Origin: Megasphaera elsdenii DSM 20460
GTDB lineage: Bacteria > Bacillota > Negativicutes > Veillonellales > Megasphaeraceae
DNA: 32,000 nt
Direction: 5' to 3'
Assembly: GCF_003010495.1 (NCBI RefSeq)
Contig: NZ_CP027570.1
Span: 1,590,001-1,622,000, forward strand
In this document: positions 25,341 through 32,000 of the stretch, piece after piece
Position numbering within the stretch: the stretch's first letter is position 1
Layout of the letters: every line of letters begins with the position of its first letter
The notes under the pieces: generated by a model
What the model saw: only the letters and a program-made list of their open reading frames with translations
What the model was told of the DNA's origin: nothing
The model's database searches: none
Translations under genes and position numbers: made by a program

Positions 25341-25341
25341 C

Positions 25342-25992
25342 TCACACTCCGAAGAGAGCCCCCAGTTCTTCCCGCGTGTCGATGAGGTACGTCGGCTGGA
25401 GGGATTTCAGGAAGTCCCGGTCGCGGAAGCCCCAGGTGACGAGGGCGGCGTCGAGGCCGGCGTTGTCGGCGGTCTGTTTATCGACTTCCGAGTCGCCGAC
25501 GTAGATGGCGTCTTCTTTGGCACAGCCCAGGCGTTTCAGGGCTTCCCAGACCATGTCCGGCGCCGGCTTTTTGCGGTACATCGGCGTTTCGCCCAGAGAG
25601 AAGTCGACGAAATCCTTGAAGTATTCGTCGTGCAGTTCGGAGACGGCGCCCTGGCCCTTATTGGAGACGATGGCCATGTGGTAGCCGGCTGCCTTCAGCC
25701 GTCCCAGGACCTGGGGGATGCCGGGGTAGGGGAAGGTCGTCGTCTGGCAACGGGCGCTGTAATAGGCGATAAATTCCTTTGTCATCGTCCGCCGCAGGGC
25801 TTCCGGCGCCTGCGGAGCGGCCTTGTCGATGAAGCCGTCATAGCCAAAGCCCAGGCAGGGCCGGATGGCCTTTTGCGTCATAGAAGGCAGGCCATGGCGG
25901 GCGAAAACGTAGTTCAGGCTTTTCGTCAATTCGTCCAGCGTATCCAGGACAGTACCGTCCATATCGAAGACGATGGCTTTATATTTTTCCAT
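25342..25992 (-). CDS. HAD-superfamily hydrolase (phosphoglycolate phosphatase/PpaX-like)
   Basis: Start is placed at ATG 25992 (MEKYKAIVFDMDGTVLDT, motif I DxDGT) with RBS aaaggag. Motifs II (SNK) and IV (GDSEVD) are present. Confidence 0.88.
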   Translation of the reverse strand: MEKYKAIVFDMDGTVLDTLDELTKSLNYVFARHGLPSMTQKAIRPCLGFGYDGFIDKAAPQAPEALRRTMTKEFIAYYSARCQTTTFPYPGIPQVLGRLKAAGYHMAIVSNKGQGAVSELHDEYFKDFVDFSLGETPMYRKKPAPDMVWEALKRLGCAKEDAIYVGDSEVDKQTADNAGLDAALVTWGFRDRDFLKSLQPTYLIDTREELGALFGV

Positions 25993-26137
25993 GAAAAAGA
26001 CTCCTTTGATGGACAAAAAAACAATTTACTCCATTATTATACGAAAGCGTCAATTAATCGGCAATAGGTAGTAGCTCATGACGTCATCTTATGCTACAAT
26101 GGGGAAAGAAGTTTGATAAAATAGAGGAGAGGATGAC

Positions 26138-28390
26138 ATGACAAACTTTTTGCCGTACGCTATCATAGCGGGCATAGCAATCGTCTTTTTTGTAATTTGT
26201 TATATTATGTATTCCGGCGGAGGACACTCCGAGAGTAGTCCCCAAACGGAGAAAAAGGGGAACACGAAGACGAAGACGCGCTACGACAGCGAGCCGCAGC
26301 CGATGCGCAGGGTCCAGCACCGCAGCCCGGCAACAGTTAAGCATGCCAGACAATTACCGAAGGAAGCGGACGACGAAGAAACAGCCCCCTTGCCGAAAGT
26401 CCCGAAAATGACCTTAGGCGAACGGCGGGAACATCCGGAAGAAACGGCTTTTGTCACGACCAAAGGAGAAGCTGTCCGCCGCAATGGCAAGATCGTCTAT
26501 AAAGAAGCGCCGAAAGCCCAGGAAACACCGGTCCGTAAGGGTCCCAATGCAGATGACCTCGATGCGACCCGCGTCTTGTCACGCGATGAAATTCTGGAAG
26601 CCATGGAAAAGGTAGATAAAGAAGAAGCCGCCGCCTATAAGGCACGGGAAGAAGAAGCCAAGCTGGCCCGCCAGCGCCAGGCTGAACAGGAAAAAGAAGC
26701 CCAGGAACAGCAGCTGGCCCGCAACCGGGAACGGCGCGAACAAGCCCGCCGCGAAGCAGCTGCCGCTAAAGAAGCCGATGCCCGCCGGGAAGAACGGGCG
26801 CGCTGGGCGAAAGAAGTAGCCCAGACAGAAGAAGACAAGCCGCCTCTGGCTGATATGGCTGCCATCGTCTCGGCTGACCTGGCCGCCAAAGATGGCGGTG
26901 CAGCCCCGGTGGTAAAGAAAAAGGCTGCCCCTGCTGCTGAACCGGCAGCATCCGAACAAGAAGTGCCGAAAGATACGCACCGCAAACACATTCTCCGCGA
27001 CGTCATGGCCGAAACGGCGAAAGCCGCTGGCCGGGCTGCTGCCGGGACAACCGTGGCTGCAGCCGCCTCGGAAGGGGCTAAGAAACGGGCCGTATCCGAT
27101 GCGACACGGGTCATGGAAGGCCCTGTCGTCAGCGAAGGCATGAAGGCCGTCGCTTCGCAGCTGGAACAGACCCAGCGCATGGAACCGATCCACATCGATT
27201 CGGCCATGACGGCCAAGAAGAAGGCTGTCCCTGAAGAAACGATGGTCATGCCGCCTATCCGGGCCCACAAGTCCCAGGAAAAAGCGACGCCTGTCGTTAA
27301 ACCGGCACCGGTCGTCAAACCGTCCCAGACGTCGTGGGATTCCAATACGTCCGGCACGGATACGCGCAATCCGTCCCTGGGCAGTGCGCCGCACTATGCG
27401 TCCATTTGGGAATCGGAAAGCACCGTCGATTCTCCCGTCGTCCGCCAGTGCGTCTCTCACTTCCTGCGCCAGTACGGCGTCGTTTCGCCGGACCTGCAGC
27501 AGCAGACGGAATACATCACGTCGGCTGCCTTCGACCAGATCGGCTGCCAGACCGATGCCGAACGGCAGCAGGCCCTGGCTCCGCTCATCGTCCAGGAAGC
27601 CTTGCAGAATGTCCAGAAAGCCTACGCCGCTCATCCCGACGACTATGTCGGTACCATTGCCCTTCAGGCTTTTTATGATATCGTTCATTGCTCGCCCATT
27701 TCGACGCGCCACCTGGTCGCCATCGATGCCTTGAAGGTCATGCCCTATTTGACCCAGGGCCATTACCAGATCCTGGCGATTCTCTTATTGTTCCTGTATT
27801 CGCGCAACTCCCACAATGTCGATAAAGATTCGTTCTGCCGCTATATCGATAAATACGTCTATCCCTTCCTGGATGGCTTCCCGACAGAACGGCCTTATTA
27901 CCAGCAGCTCGATTACCTGCACTGCACGGCTTTTGAAGCCAAGGAAACACATTTTGCCGAAATCCTGTCCGATTCGTATCCGCTCTTGTTCCGCTTCCGC
28001 GGCTTTACTGAAGAAGAATTGCGCAAGGCCCTCAAGGGCCAGCGGATCCCGGACGAATTTATCGTCCCGTCCTTCAATTCGCCCCTGGTCAAACTGGCCA
28101 TGGTCGACGAAAGCATGGCCAAACGCTTCTTCCGCATGACCGGCATCAACGACCGCAACATGCAGGACCATATCCTGCGCCTGGCCAAGAAGCGCCCGGC
28201 CAATTTCAGCGGCGAAGAAGCCCTGGACATCATGGAAGACATTTCGCCCGTCCTGGCCGACCTGGCCGATATCTGGGACAGCTCGCTGCTGCGCGTATCG
28301 ACGCTGTCGCTCCTGGGCCTGTACTTAGCCCAGGGCTTCGTCAAGGAAATCATTGGCGAAGAATTTGATTTGTCCCGCTGGTTTGAATAA
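26138..28390 (+). CDS. Large membrane-anchored protein: N-terminal TM, E/K/R/A-rich coiled-coil-like region, Ala/Pro-rich linker, conserved-looking globular C-terminal domain of about 330 aa, function unknown
   Basis: 750 aa with RBS aggagag. The TM is AIIAGIAIVFFVICYIMY. A charged repeat region spans about aa 150-260. The ORF ends 11 nt before the galU start. Confidence 0.75.
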   Translation: MTNFLPYAIIAGIAIVFFVICYIMYSGGGHSESSPQTEKKGNTKTKTRYDSEPQPMRRVQHRSPATVKHARQLPKEADDEETAPLPKVPKMTLGERREHPEETAFVTTKGEAVRRNGKIVYKEAPKAQETPVRKGPNADDLDATRVLSRDEILEAMEKVDKEEAAAYKAREEEAKLARQRQAEQEKEAQEQQLARNRERREQARREAAAAKEADARREERARWAKEVAQTEEDKPPLADMAAIVSADLAAKDGGAAPVVKKKAAPAAEPAASEQEVPKDTHRKHILRDVMAETAKAAGRAAAGTTVAAAASEGAKKRAVSDATRVMEGPVVSEGMKAVASQLEQTQRMEPIHIDSAMTAKKKAVPEETMVMPPIRAHKSQEKATPVVKPAPVVKPSQTSWDSNTSGTDTRNPSLGSAPHYASIWESESTVDSPVVRQCVSHFLRQYGVVSPDLQQQTEYITSAAFDQIGCQTDAERQQALAPLIVQEALQNVQKAYAAHPDDYVGTIALQAFYDIVHCSPISTRHLVAIDALKVMPYLTQGHYQILAILLLFLYSRNSHNVDKDSFCRYIDKYVYPFLDGFPTERPYYQQLDYLHCTAFEAKETHFAEILSDSYPLLFRFRGFTEEELRKALKGQRIPDEFIVPSFNSPLVKLAMVDESMAKRFFRMTGINDRNMQDHILRLAKKRPANFSGEEALDIMEDISPVLADLADIWDSSLLRVSTLSLLGLYLAQGFVKEIIGEEFDLSRWFE

Positions 28391-28401
28391 GGAGCATCGT
28401 T

Positions 28402-29277
28402 GTGAAGAAAATCCGTAAAGCCGTCATCCCGGCGGCCGGGTTCGGCACCCGTTTCCTGCCGGCGACGAAGGCGACGCCGAAAGAAATGCTGCCTATCGTC
28501 GATAAGCCGACAATCCAGTATATCGTCGAAGAAGCCCTGCAGAGCGGCATCGAAGAAATCCTCATCATCAGCGGCCATGCCAAACGGGCCATTGAAGACC
28601 ACTTCGATACCAATCCGGGCCTGGAACTGCACCTGGAAGAAAGCCATAAGATGGGGCTTTTGAACATGGTCCGCAGTATTTCCGAAATCAATATCCACTA
28701 TATCCGTCAGAAACACATGCGGGGCTTAGGCGATGCTATCCTTTGCGCCCAGTCCTTCATTGCTGACGAACCCTTCGCTATCCTTCTCGGCGACGACGTC
28801 GTCTACAACGAAACCAATCCGGCCCTGCGCCAGATGATCGATTTGTACAACGACCTCGACGCGACCATCCTGGGCTGCCAGGAAGTCCCCTTGGAAAAAG
28901 TATCGTCTTACGGCATCGTCCAGGGGACGCCTGTCGAAGGGCAGGGCATCCTCAAGGTCAACCGCGTCGTCGAAAAGCCGGCCATCGAAGAAGCGCCGAG
29001 CCGGACCGCCGTCCTCGGCCGTTATATCGTCACGCCGGACATCTTTGAAGTCCTGTCCCATACCCGGCCGGGCAAAGGCGGGGAAATCCAGCTCACCGAT
29101 GCCTTGCAGACCATGGCCAGCCGGGAAGCGGTCTATGCCTACTGCTTTGAAGGCAAGCGCTACGACGTCGGCGATAAACTGGGCTTTTTGAAAGCCAACG
29201 TAGAATACGCCCTGCGCCGGCCCGACCTGGCCGCCCCGTTCCGCCAGTTCCTGAAGGAAGTCGTTCGTGGTTCGTAG
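28402..29277 (+). CDS. galU: UTP--glucose-1-phosphate uridylyltransferase
   Basis: GTG start with RBS aaggag. Motifs are AVIPAAGFGTRFLPATKATPKEMLP and VEKP. The last codons (VVRGS-stop) are made of heptad and REP sequence. Confidence 0.92.
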   Translation: MKKIRKAVIPAAGFGTRFLPATKATPKEMLPIVDKPTIQYIVEEALQSGIEEILIISGHAKRAIEDHFDTNPGLELHLEESHKMGLLNMVRSISEINIHYIRQKHMRGLGDAILCAQSFIADEPFAILLGDDVVYNETNPALRQMIDLYNDLDATILGCQEVPLEKVSSYGIVQGTPVEGQGILKVNRVVEKPAIEEAPSRTAVLGRYIVTPDIFEVLSHTRPGKGGEIQLTDALQTMASREAVYAYCFEGKRYDVGDKLGFLKANVEYALRRPDLAAPFRQFLKEVVRGS

Positions 29278-29585
29278 GGGCCGTCCTGGAAGGCGGCCCG
29301 CGTGAATCCTGTGTAAAACGTTATAGCTTGTAGTGGGTGGCTCGTGGTTTGTGGCTTGTGTTCGTGGCTCGTGCTCGTGGCTCGTGTTCGTGGCTCGTGG
29401 TTCGTGGCTCGTGTTCGTGGCTCGTGGCTCGTGGTTCGTGGTTCGTGGCTCGTGTGGCTCGCGGCTCGTAGGGGCCGTCCTGGAAGGCGGCCCGCGTGAA
29501 TCCTGTGTAAAACGTTATAGCTTGTAGTGGGTGGCTAAAAATTTAAAGCCATCCGCTAGCCACTAGCCACTAACTGCTAACCACT
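29261..29585 (+). repeat. Composite: heptads, 69-bp unit (REP-like hairpin plus spacer, 29274-29342), 125-bp array of 6/7-nt cgtggct/cgtggtt/cgtgtt/cgtgct units (29343-29467), identical 69-bp unit (29468-29536), AT hairpin, ctagcca/ctaactg heptads
   Basis: The two 69-bp copies are identical base for base by my alignment. Array units were parsed by hand. Confidence 0.85.
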
Positions 29586-29637
29586 AAAAAAGGGGCTGTC
29601 GCACGAAGGTTTTTGCCATCATGCGAGGGCCCTTTTT
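29586..29637 (+). terminator. Chimeric terminator-like element (left half ggggctgtcgca, right half atcatgcgagggccc, T-run)
   Basis: The left arm matches the 15642 terminator and the right arm matches the 7706 terminator. Pairing between the two halves is only partial. Confidence 0.45.
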
Positions 29638-29644
29638 CTTAAAT

Positions 29645-29737
29645 GTTTGAGGTTTGATGTATGACGTTTGAGGCGATGGCTTTTAAATTTTGTCCCCTCC
29701 ACATCAAACTTTCAACTTCAAACTTCAAACTCAAAAA
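29645..29737. repeat. Mosaic repeat: gtttgag/gtttgat/gtatgac heptads, AT hairpin centre (gatggcttttaaatttt), catcaaa/cttcaaa heptads
   Basis: Inverted GT-rich and AC-rich arms read directly. Confidence 0.75.
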
Positions 29738-29769
29738 GGGCTTGTCGTCATGCGACAAGCCCTTTTTTT
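29733..29769. terminator. Bidirectional-type intrinsic terminator (A5, gggcttgtcg/cgacaagccc, T7)
   Basis: Perfect 10-bp stem with flanking A-run and T-run. Confidence 0.8.
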
Positions 29770-29799
29770 ACGACGACTATAAACTGCACGAAAATAGTA

Positions 29800-29828
29800 T
29801 TGATTGAATGAAAAGGCCATGCTATAAT
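29800..29828 (+). promoter_or_regulatory. Promoter of the rseC-like gene (TTGATT-17-TGcTATAAT)
   Basis: -35 hexamer, 17-nt spacer and an extended -10. Confidence 0.6.
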
Positions 29829-29851
29829 AGGCTCAGAAAGAAGGGATTCCT

Positions 29852-30274
29852 ATGAAAATTGAAGAAGGTACAATTATTTCTATAAAAGAACAAGGCACGG
29901 CCGAAATCAAGGTCGGCCGCCATTCTGACTGCATCGCCTGCGGTGCCTGCGAAGGGGCTGAAAACATCGTTGTTACCGCTGTCGACCCGTTGGGCGTCAA
30001 AGTCGGCCAGCACGTCAAATTTGAATTTCGCGATGTCAACATCGTCATCGGCGCTTTCATCTGTTTCGTCATGCCGCTCCTGGTCTGCGCAGCCGGTGCC
30101 TTTGCCGGCCACTTCCTGGCCCTGGCCCAGGGCTTCGATACGGTCCAGACTGCTGTTATCGGCGGCATCATCGGCTTTCTCATCGGCGCCGTCGGCGTCA
30201 AACTCTTCGACCGCTCCCTGTCGAAAGATATAAATTCCAAGCCGAAGATCATCGAAATCTGTTCGGGGAATTAA
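29852..30274 (+). CDS. RseC/MucC-family (SoxR-reducing system) membrane protein
   Basis: 140 aa. An N-terminal Cys cluster CIACGAC is followed by two TM helices, which is the typical RseC layout. Confidence 0.8.
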   Translation: MKIEEGTIISIKEQGTAEIKVGRHSDCIACGACEGAENIVVTAVDPLGVKVGQHVKFEFRDVNIVIGAFICFVMPLLVCAAGAFAGHFLALAQGFDTVQTAVIGGIIGFLIGAVGVKLFDRSLSKDINSKPKIIEICSGN

Positions 30275-30277
30275 GAA

Positions 30278-30353
30278 GGACAGGCGCCTGACGGCGCCGT
30301 CCGTGCGGGGCTGCTGTATAAGGGAATCCTCCTTTATAGGCAGCTCTTTTTTA
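30278..30353 (+). terminator. Two consecutive hairpins, the second followed by T6 (terminator of the rseC-like gene)
   Basis: ggac(a)ggcgcc/ggcgccgtcc, then gctgc..tataagg/cctttata.gcagc followed by tttttt. Confidence 0.55.
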
Positions 30354-30403
30354 CTGGTCCTATGTCAAGATTTCGGACAAATTAAATTGAGGTTTTTCGT
30401 TTC

Positions 30404-31318
30404 TTAGATTCCCAGACGCATATTATGTTTCTGGAAATCAGCATACAGCTTTTCATAGTCATCCGGTGACATGTAGTTGCAATGGCTATGAATGCGTACG
30501 GTGTTGTAAAAGGTATTGATGTATTCAAACACCAACAAGTACGCTTGCTGATAATTTTGAATCTTGAAGCGATTGAGCCATTCCCGTTTAATCAGGGAGT
30601 GGAAGGATTCGATGCAGGCATTGTCCCATGGATAGCCTTTCTTCGAATAGCTGCGGCGCATTTGGGATGTCTCCCGAATATATGCCTGCGAAACATACTG
30701 GCAGCCACGGTCCGAATGGATAACCAACAGCTGTCCGGGTTTCCGGCATTGTTTGGCTTCCTGCAGCATCTTGACGATGCCGGCGACGTCCAGATTACGG
30801 GCCAGATTCCAGGCGATGATTTTCCTGGAGAACAAATCCATAATGCTTTCCAAATAGACGAAACCTTCAGCTGTCCAGATATAGGTGATGTCGCTGCACC
30901 ATACTTGATCCGGTTCTTCAGGATTGAAGCATTCCTGAAGGATATTCACCAGCGCCACGTCAAAGTCACTGTTACGGGTCGTTACGGTGTAATGCTTTAC
31001 CCAGCAGGCCTGAATGCCCATTTGCCGCATGTATACGCCAACTGTGCGTTCAGAGATACTGTCCCCGTTCTGCTGCATAACTTGGGCAATCTTCGGGGCT
31101 CCGTAAATCTGCTTGGAATCGTCGTAGATAGTTTGAATCTTTTTCTTCATCTCCTTGCGGTGCTGGGCCTGTTTCGATGGTTTGCGCGCCGCCCAGTCAT
31201 AATATCCTGAAGAAGAAACGTCGAGTTCAGAAAGCACTCCGGACACCGAAAAACGACGTTCTGCCTGATGGGCATTTTCGGCTTCTTCCTGGACACTGCG
31301 ATAGATGGCAATGGTCAT
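30404..31318 (-). CDS. IS3-family transposase OrfB (DDE integrase core), probably expressed as an OrfAB fusion
   Basis: The DDE triad contexts are VWCSDITYI, VIHSDRGCQYVS and YPWDNACIESFH. The frame is open from the A7G site. Confidence 0.9.
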   Translation of the reverse strand: MTIAIYRSVQEEAENAHQAERRFSVSGVLSELDVSSSGYYDWAARKPSKQAQHRKEMKKKIQTIYDDSKQIYGAPKIAQVMQQNGDSISERTVGVYMRQMGIQACWVKHYTVTTRNSDFDVALVNILQECFNPEEPDQVWCSDITYIWTAEGFVYLESIMDLFSRKIIAWNLARNLDVAGIVKMLQEAKQCRKPGQLLVIHSDRGCQYVSQAYIRETSQMRRSYSKKGYPWDNACIESFHSLIKREWLNRFKIQNYQQAYLLVFEYINTFYNTVRIHSHCNYMSPDDYEKLYADFQKHNMRLGI

Positions 31319-31596
31319 TTGTCCAGAATGCTGATAGCTTTTTTTAGGACATTCAACGCATCCTTCGCATCCCGCAGTTCACGCTGCAGACGGGCGATTT
31401 CCTTAGCTTCATCCGAAGCATAGTTGCCGGAACCACGATAAGGCATTTCGCCATTGTCCTTCAGCTGCTTTTGCCAACGGGACAAGGTTTGTGGAGCAAT
31501 ACCTAGATTCGTAGCACAGCCAACCAAGCCGAGTTCCCGATGTTCATGATAATATTTAACTGCGTTGATTTTGAATTCTTTGTTGAATTTTGCCAT
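31315..31596 (-). CDS. IS3-family transposase OrfA (HTH)
   Basis: 93 aa with an HTH (GCATNLGIAPQTLSRWQKQ) and a leucine-zipper-like C-terminus. Confidence 0.9.
   Translation of the reverse strand: MAKFNKEFKINAVKYYHEHRELGLVGCATNLGIAPQTLSRWQKQLKDNGEMPYRGSGNYASDEAKEIARLQRELRDAKDALNVLKKAISILDK
31338..31346 (-). other. Programmed -1 ribosomal frameshift site (A AAA AAA G on the minus strand)
   Basis: The minus strand reads cta aaa aaa gct in the orfA frame. The -1 frame continues without a stop into orfB. Confidence 0.75.
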
Positions 31597-31687
31597 ACTG
31601 AGGCCTCCTTAGTTAATCCTATTGTACCACCATTAGGAACCTCAGTTTGACTTGTCCTATTTATATGCTAACACCATACACGGTTTG

Positions 31688-31914
31688 CCGTGGTTCGTTT
31701 GCCGTAATGGAAAACGGGCTCGCTGGCGCATCGCCTTTACTAAAAGCAACCCCTCAGTCAGCTGTGCTGACAGCTCCCCTATTAGAGGAGCCTTGTTTAC
31801 TGAAAGCCTCCCCTAATAGGGGAGGTGCCGCGAAGCGGCGGAGGGGTTGCTTTTAATGGTAGCGATGCGCCAGCGAGCCCGTTTCGTAAACGAACCACGC
31901 CAAACGAACCACGG
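31688..31914. repeat. Imperfect palindrome of about 227 bp made of nested modules (gtggttcgttt heptads, aacgggctcgctggcgcatcgc, and two head-to-head double-hairpin elements)
   Basis: The arm 31688-31792 is largely the reverse complement of 31806-31914. The centre is near 31800. Confidence 0.8.
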
Positions 31915-31934
31915 CGCCCGCTTATGGGCGCCCT

Positions 31935-32000
31935 TCACTGCCCGTCCGGCAGCGTATCGGCGAGGCTGAAGCTGGTGCCGTCGTTGAGGGTGATAGCCGT
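31935..32000 (-). CDS. 3' end of an unidentified minus-strand gene (partial, runs off the window)
   Basis: The reverse complement reads ...TAITLNDGTSFSLADTLPDGQ-stop, followed by the hairpin gggcgcccataagcgggcgcc. It is too short to identify. Confidence 0.35.
   Translation of the reverse strand, partial: TAITLNDGTSFSLADTLPDGQ

Larger units (their letters stand above)
30373..31659 (-). mobile_element. IS3-family insertion sequence (about 1.29 kb)
   Basis: It has orfA and orfB with an A7G frameshift site. Imperfect terminal inverted repeats are tcggacaaattaaattgaggtt (30373-30394) versus the reverse complement of 31638-31659, taggacaagtcaaactgaggtt (17/22). The ends are good to about +/-10 nt, and no target-site duplication could be resolved. 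Confidence 0.8.

Noticed and set aside
26077-26086. Palindrome TGACGTCA in the divergent promoter region between the HAD gene and the 750-aa gene
   Set aside because: It is a single 8-bp palindrome with no second site and no recognisable regulator nearby, which is too little evidence to call an operator.
29343-29467. Possible CRISPR array
   Set aside because: The units are only 6-7 nt and contiguous, with no spacers. No repeats of 24-40 nt alternate with unique sequence, and no cas genes are present in the window.
29333-29527. 64-aa ORF (MGGSWFVACVRGSCSWLVFVARGSWLV...)
   Set aside because: It lies entirely within the 6/7-nt tandem array and the REP-like unit. Its periodic peptide is a translation artefact of the repeat. 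It has no RBS and no start context.
31647-31856. 69-aa ORF next to the IS3 end
   Set aside because: It runs through the 227-bp palindrome of repeat modules. It has no RBS, and its sequence is dictated by the hairpin repeats.

Overview
The window looks like a chromosomal segment of a moderately GC-rich Firmicute, probably a Negativicute (Veillonellaceae or Megasphaera-like). That placement is an inference from three things: tandem SLH-domain envelope proteins, a T-box-controlled trpS, and an nfeD-floA operon. Most genes are housekeeping or transport: LysR and MerR regulators, an MFS transporter, SstT, two APC permeases, TrpRS, a class-III aminotransferase, asparaginase, GalU, a metallophosphoesterase, a HAD phosphatase and an RseC-like protein. 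There are two copies of tRNA-Val(GAC), each with its own promoter and terminator.

Two mobile elements are clear. One is a roughly 1.9-kb group II intron with class C hallmarks, inserted 2 nt after the terminator of the second tRNA-Val. The other is an IS3-family element with an A7G -1 frameshift site.

The feature I consider most unusual is not a gene. Almost every intergenic region carries a modular, mosaic repeat system built from four parts: (i) arrays of 6-7-nt units (GTGGCTC/GTGGTTC, GTTTGTA, GTTTGAG and their complements), usually arranged as inverted arms around an AT-loop hairpin or a terminator; (ii) REP-like GTAGGGG + GC-hairpin + CCCGC units whose stems covary; (iii) a conserved double-hairpin element headed by AAAGCAACCYCTC; and (iv) terminators that share a YTGTC...GACAR stem core. 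These modules abut stop codons, in three cases supply the stop codon, form a perfect 69-bp direct repeat around a 125-bp array, and build a 227-bp palindrome.

Secondary oddities are an APC permease fused to a catalytically degenerate Fe-ADH-like domain, a thioredoxin-fold protein with SQDS in place of CXXC, SLH paralogs sharing an unknown C-terminal domain, and a 750-aa membrane-anchored protein upstream of galU. All functional assignments rest on motifs I read in the translations. No database searches were run.
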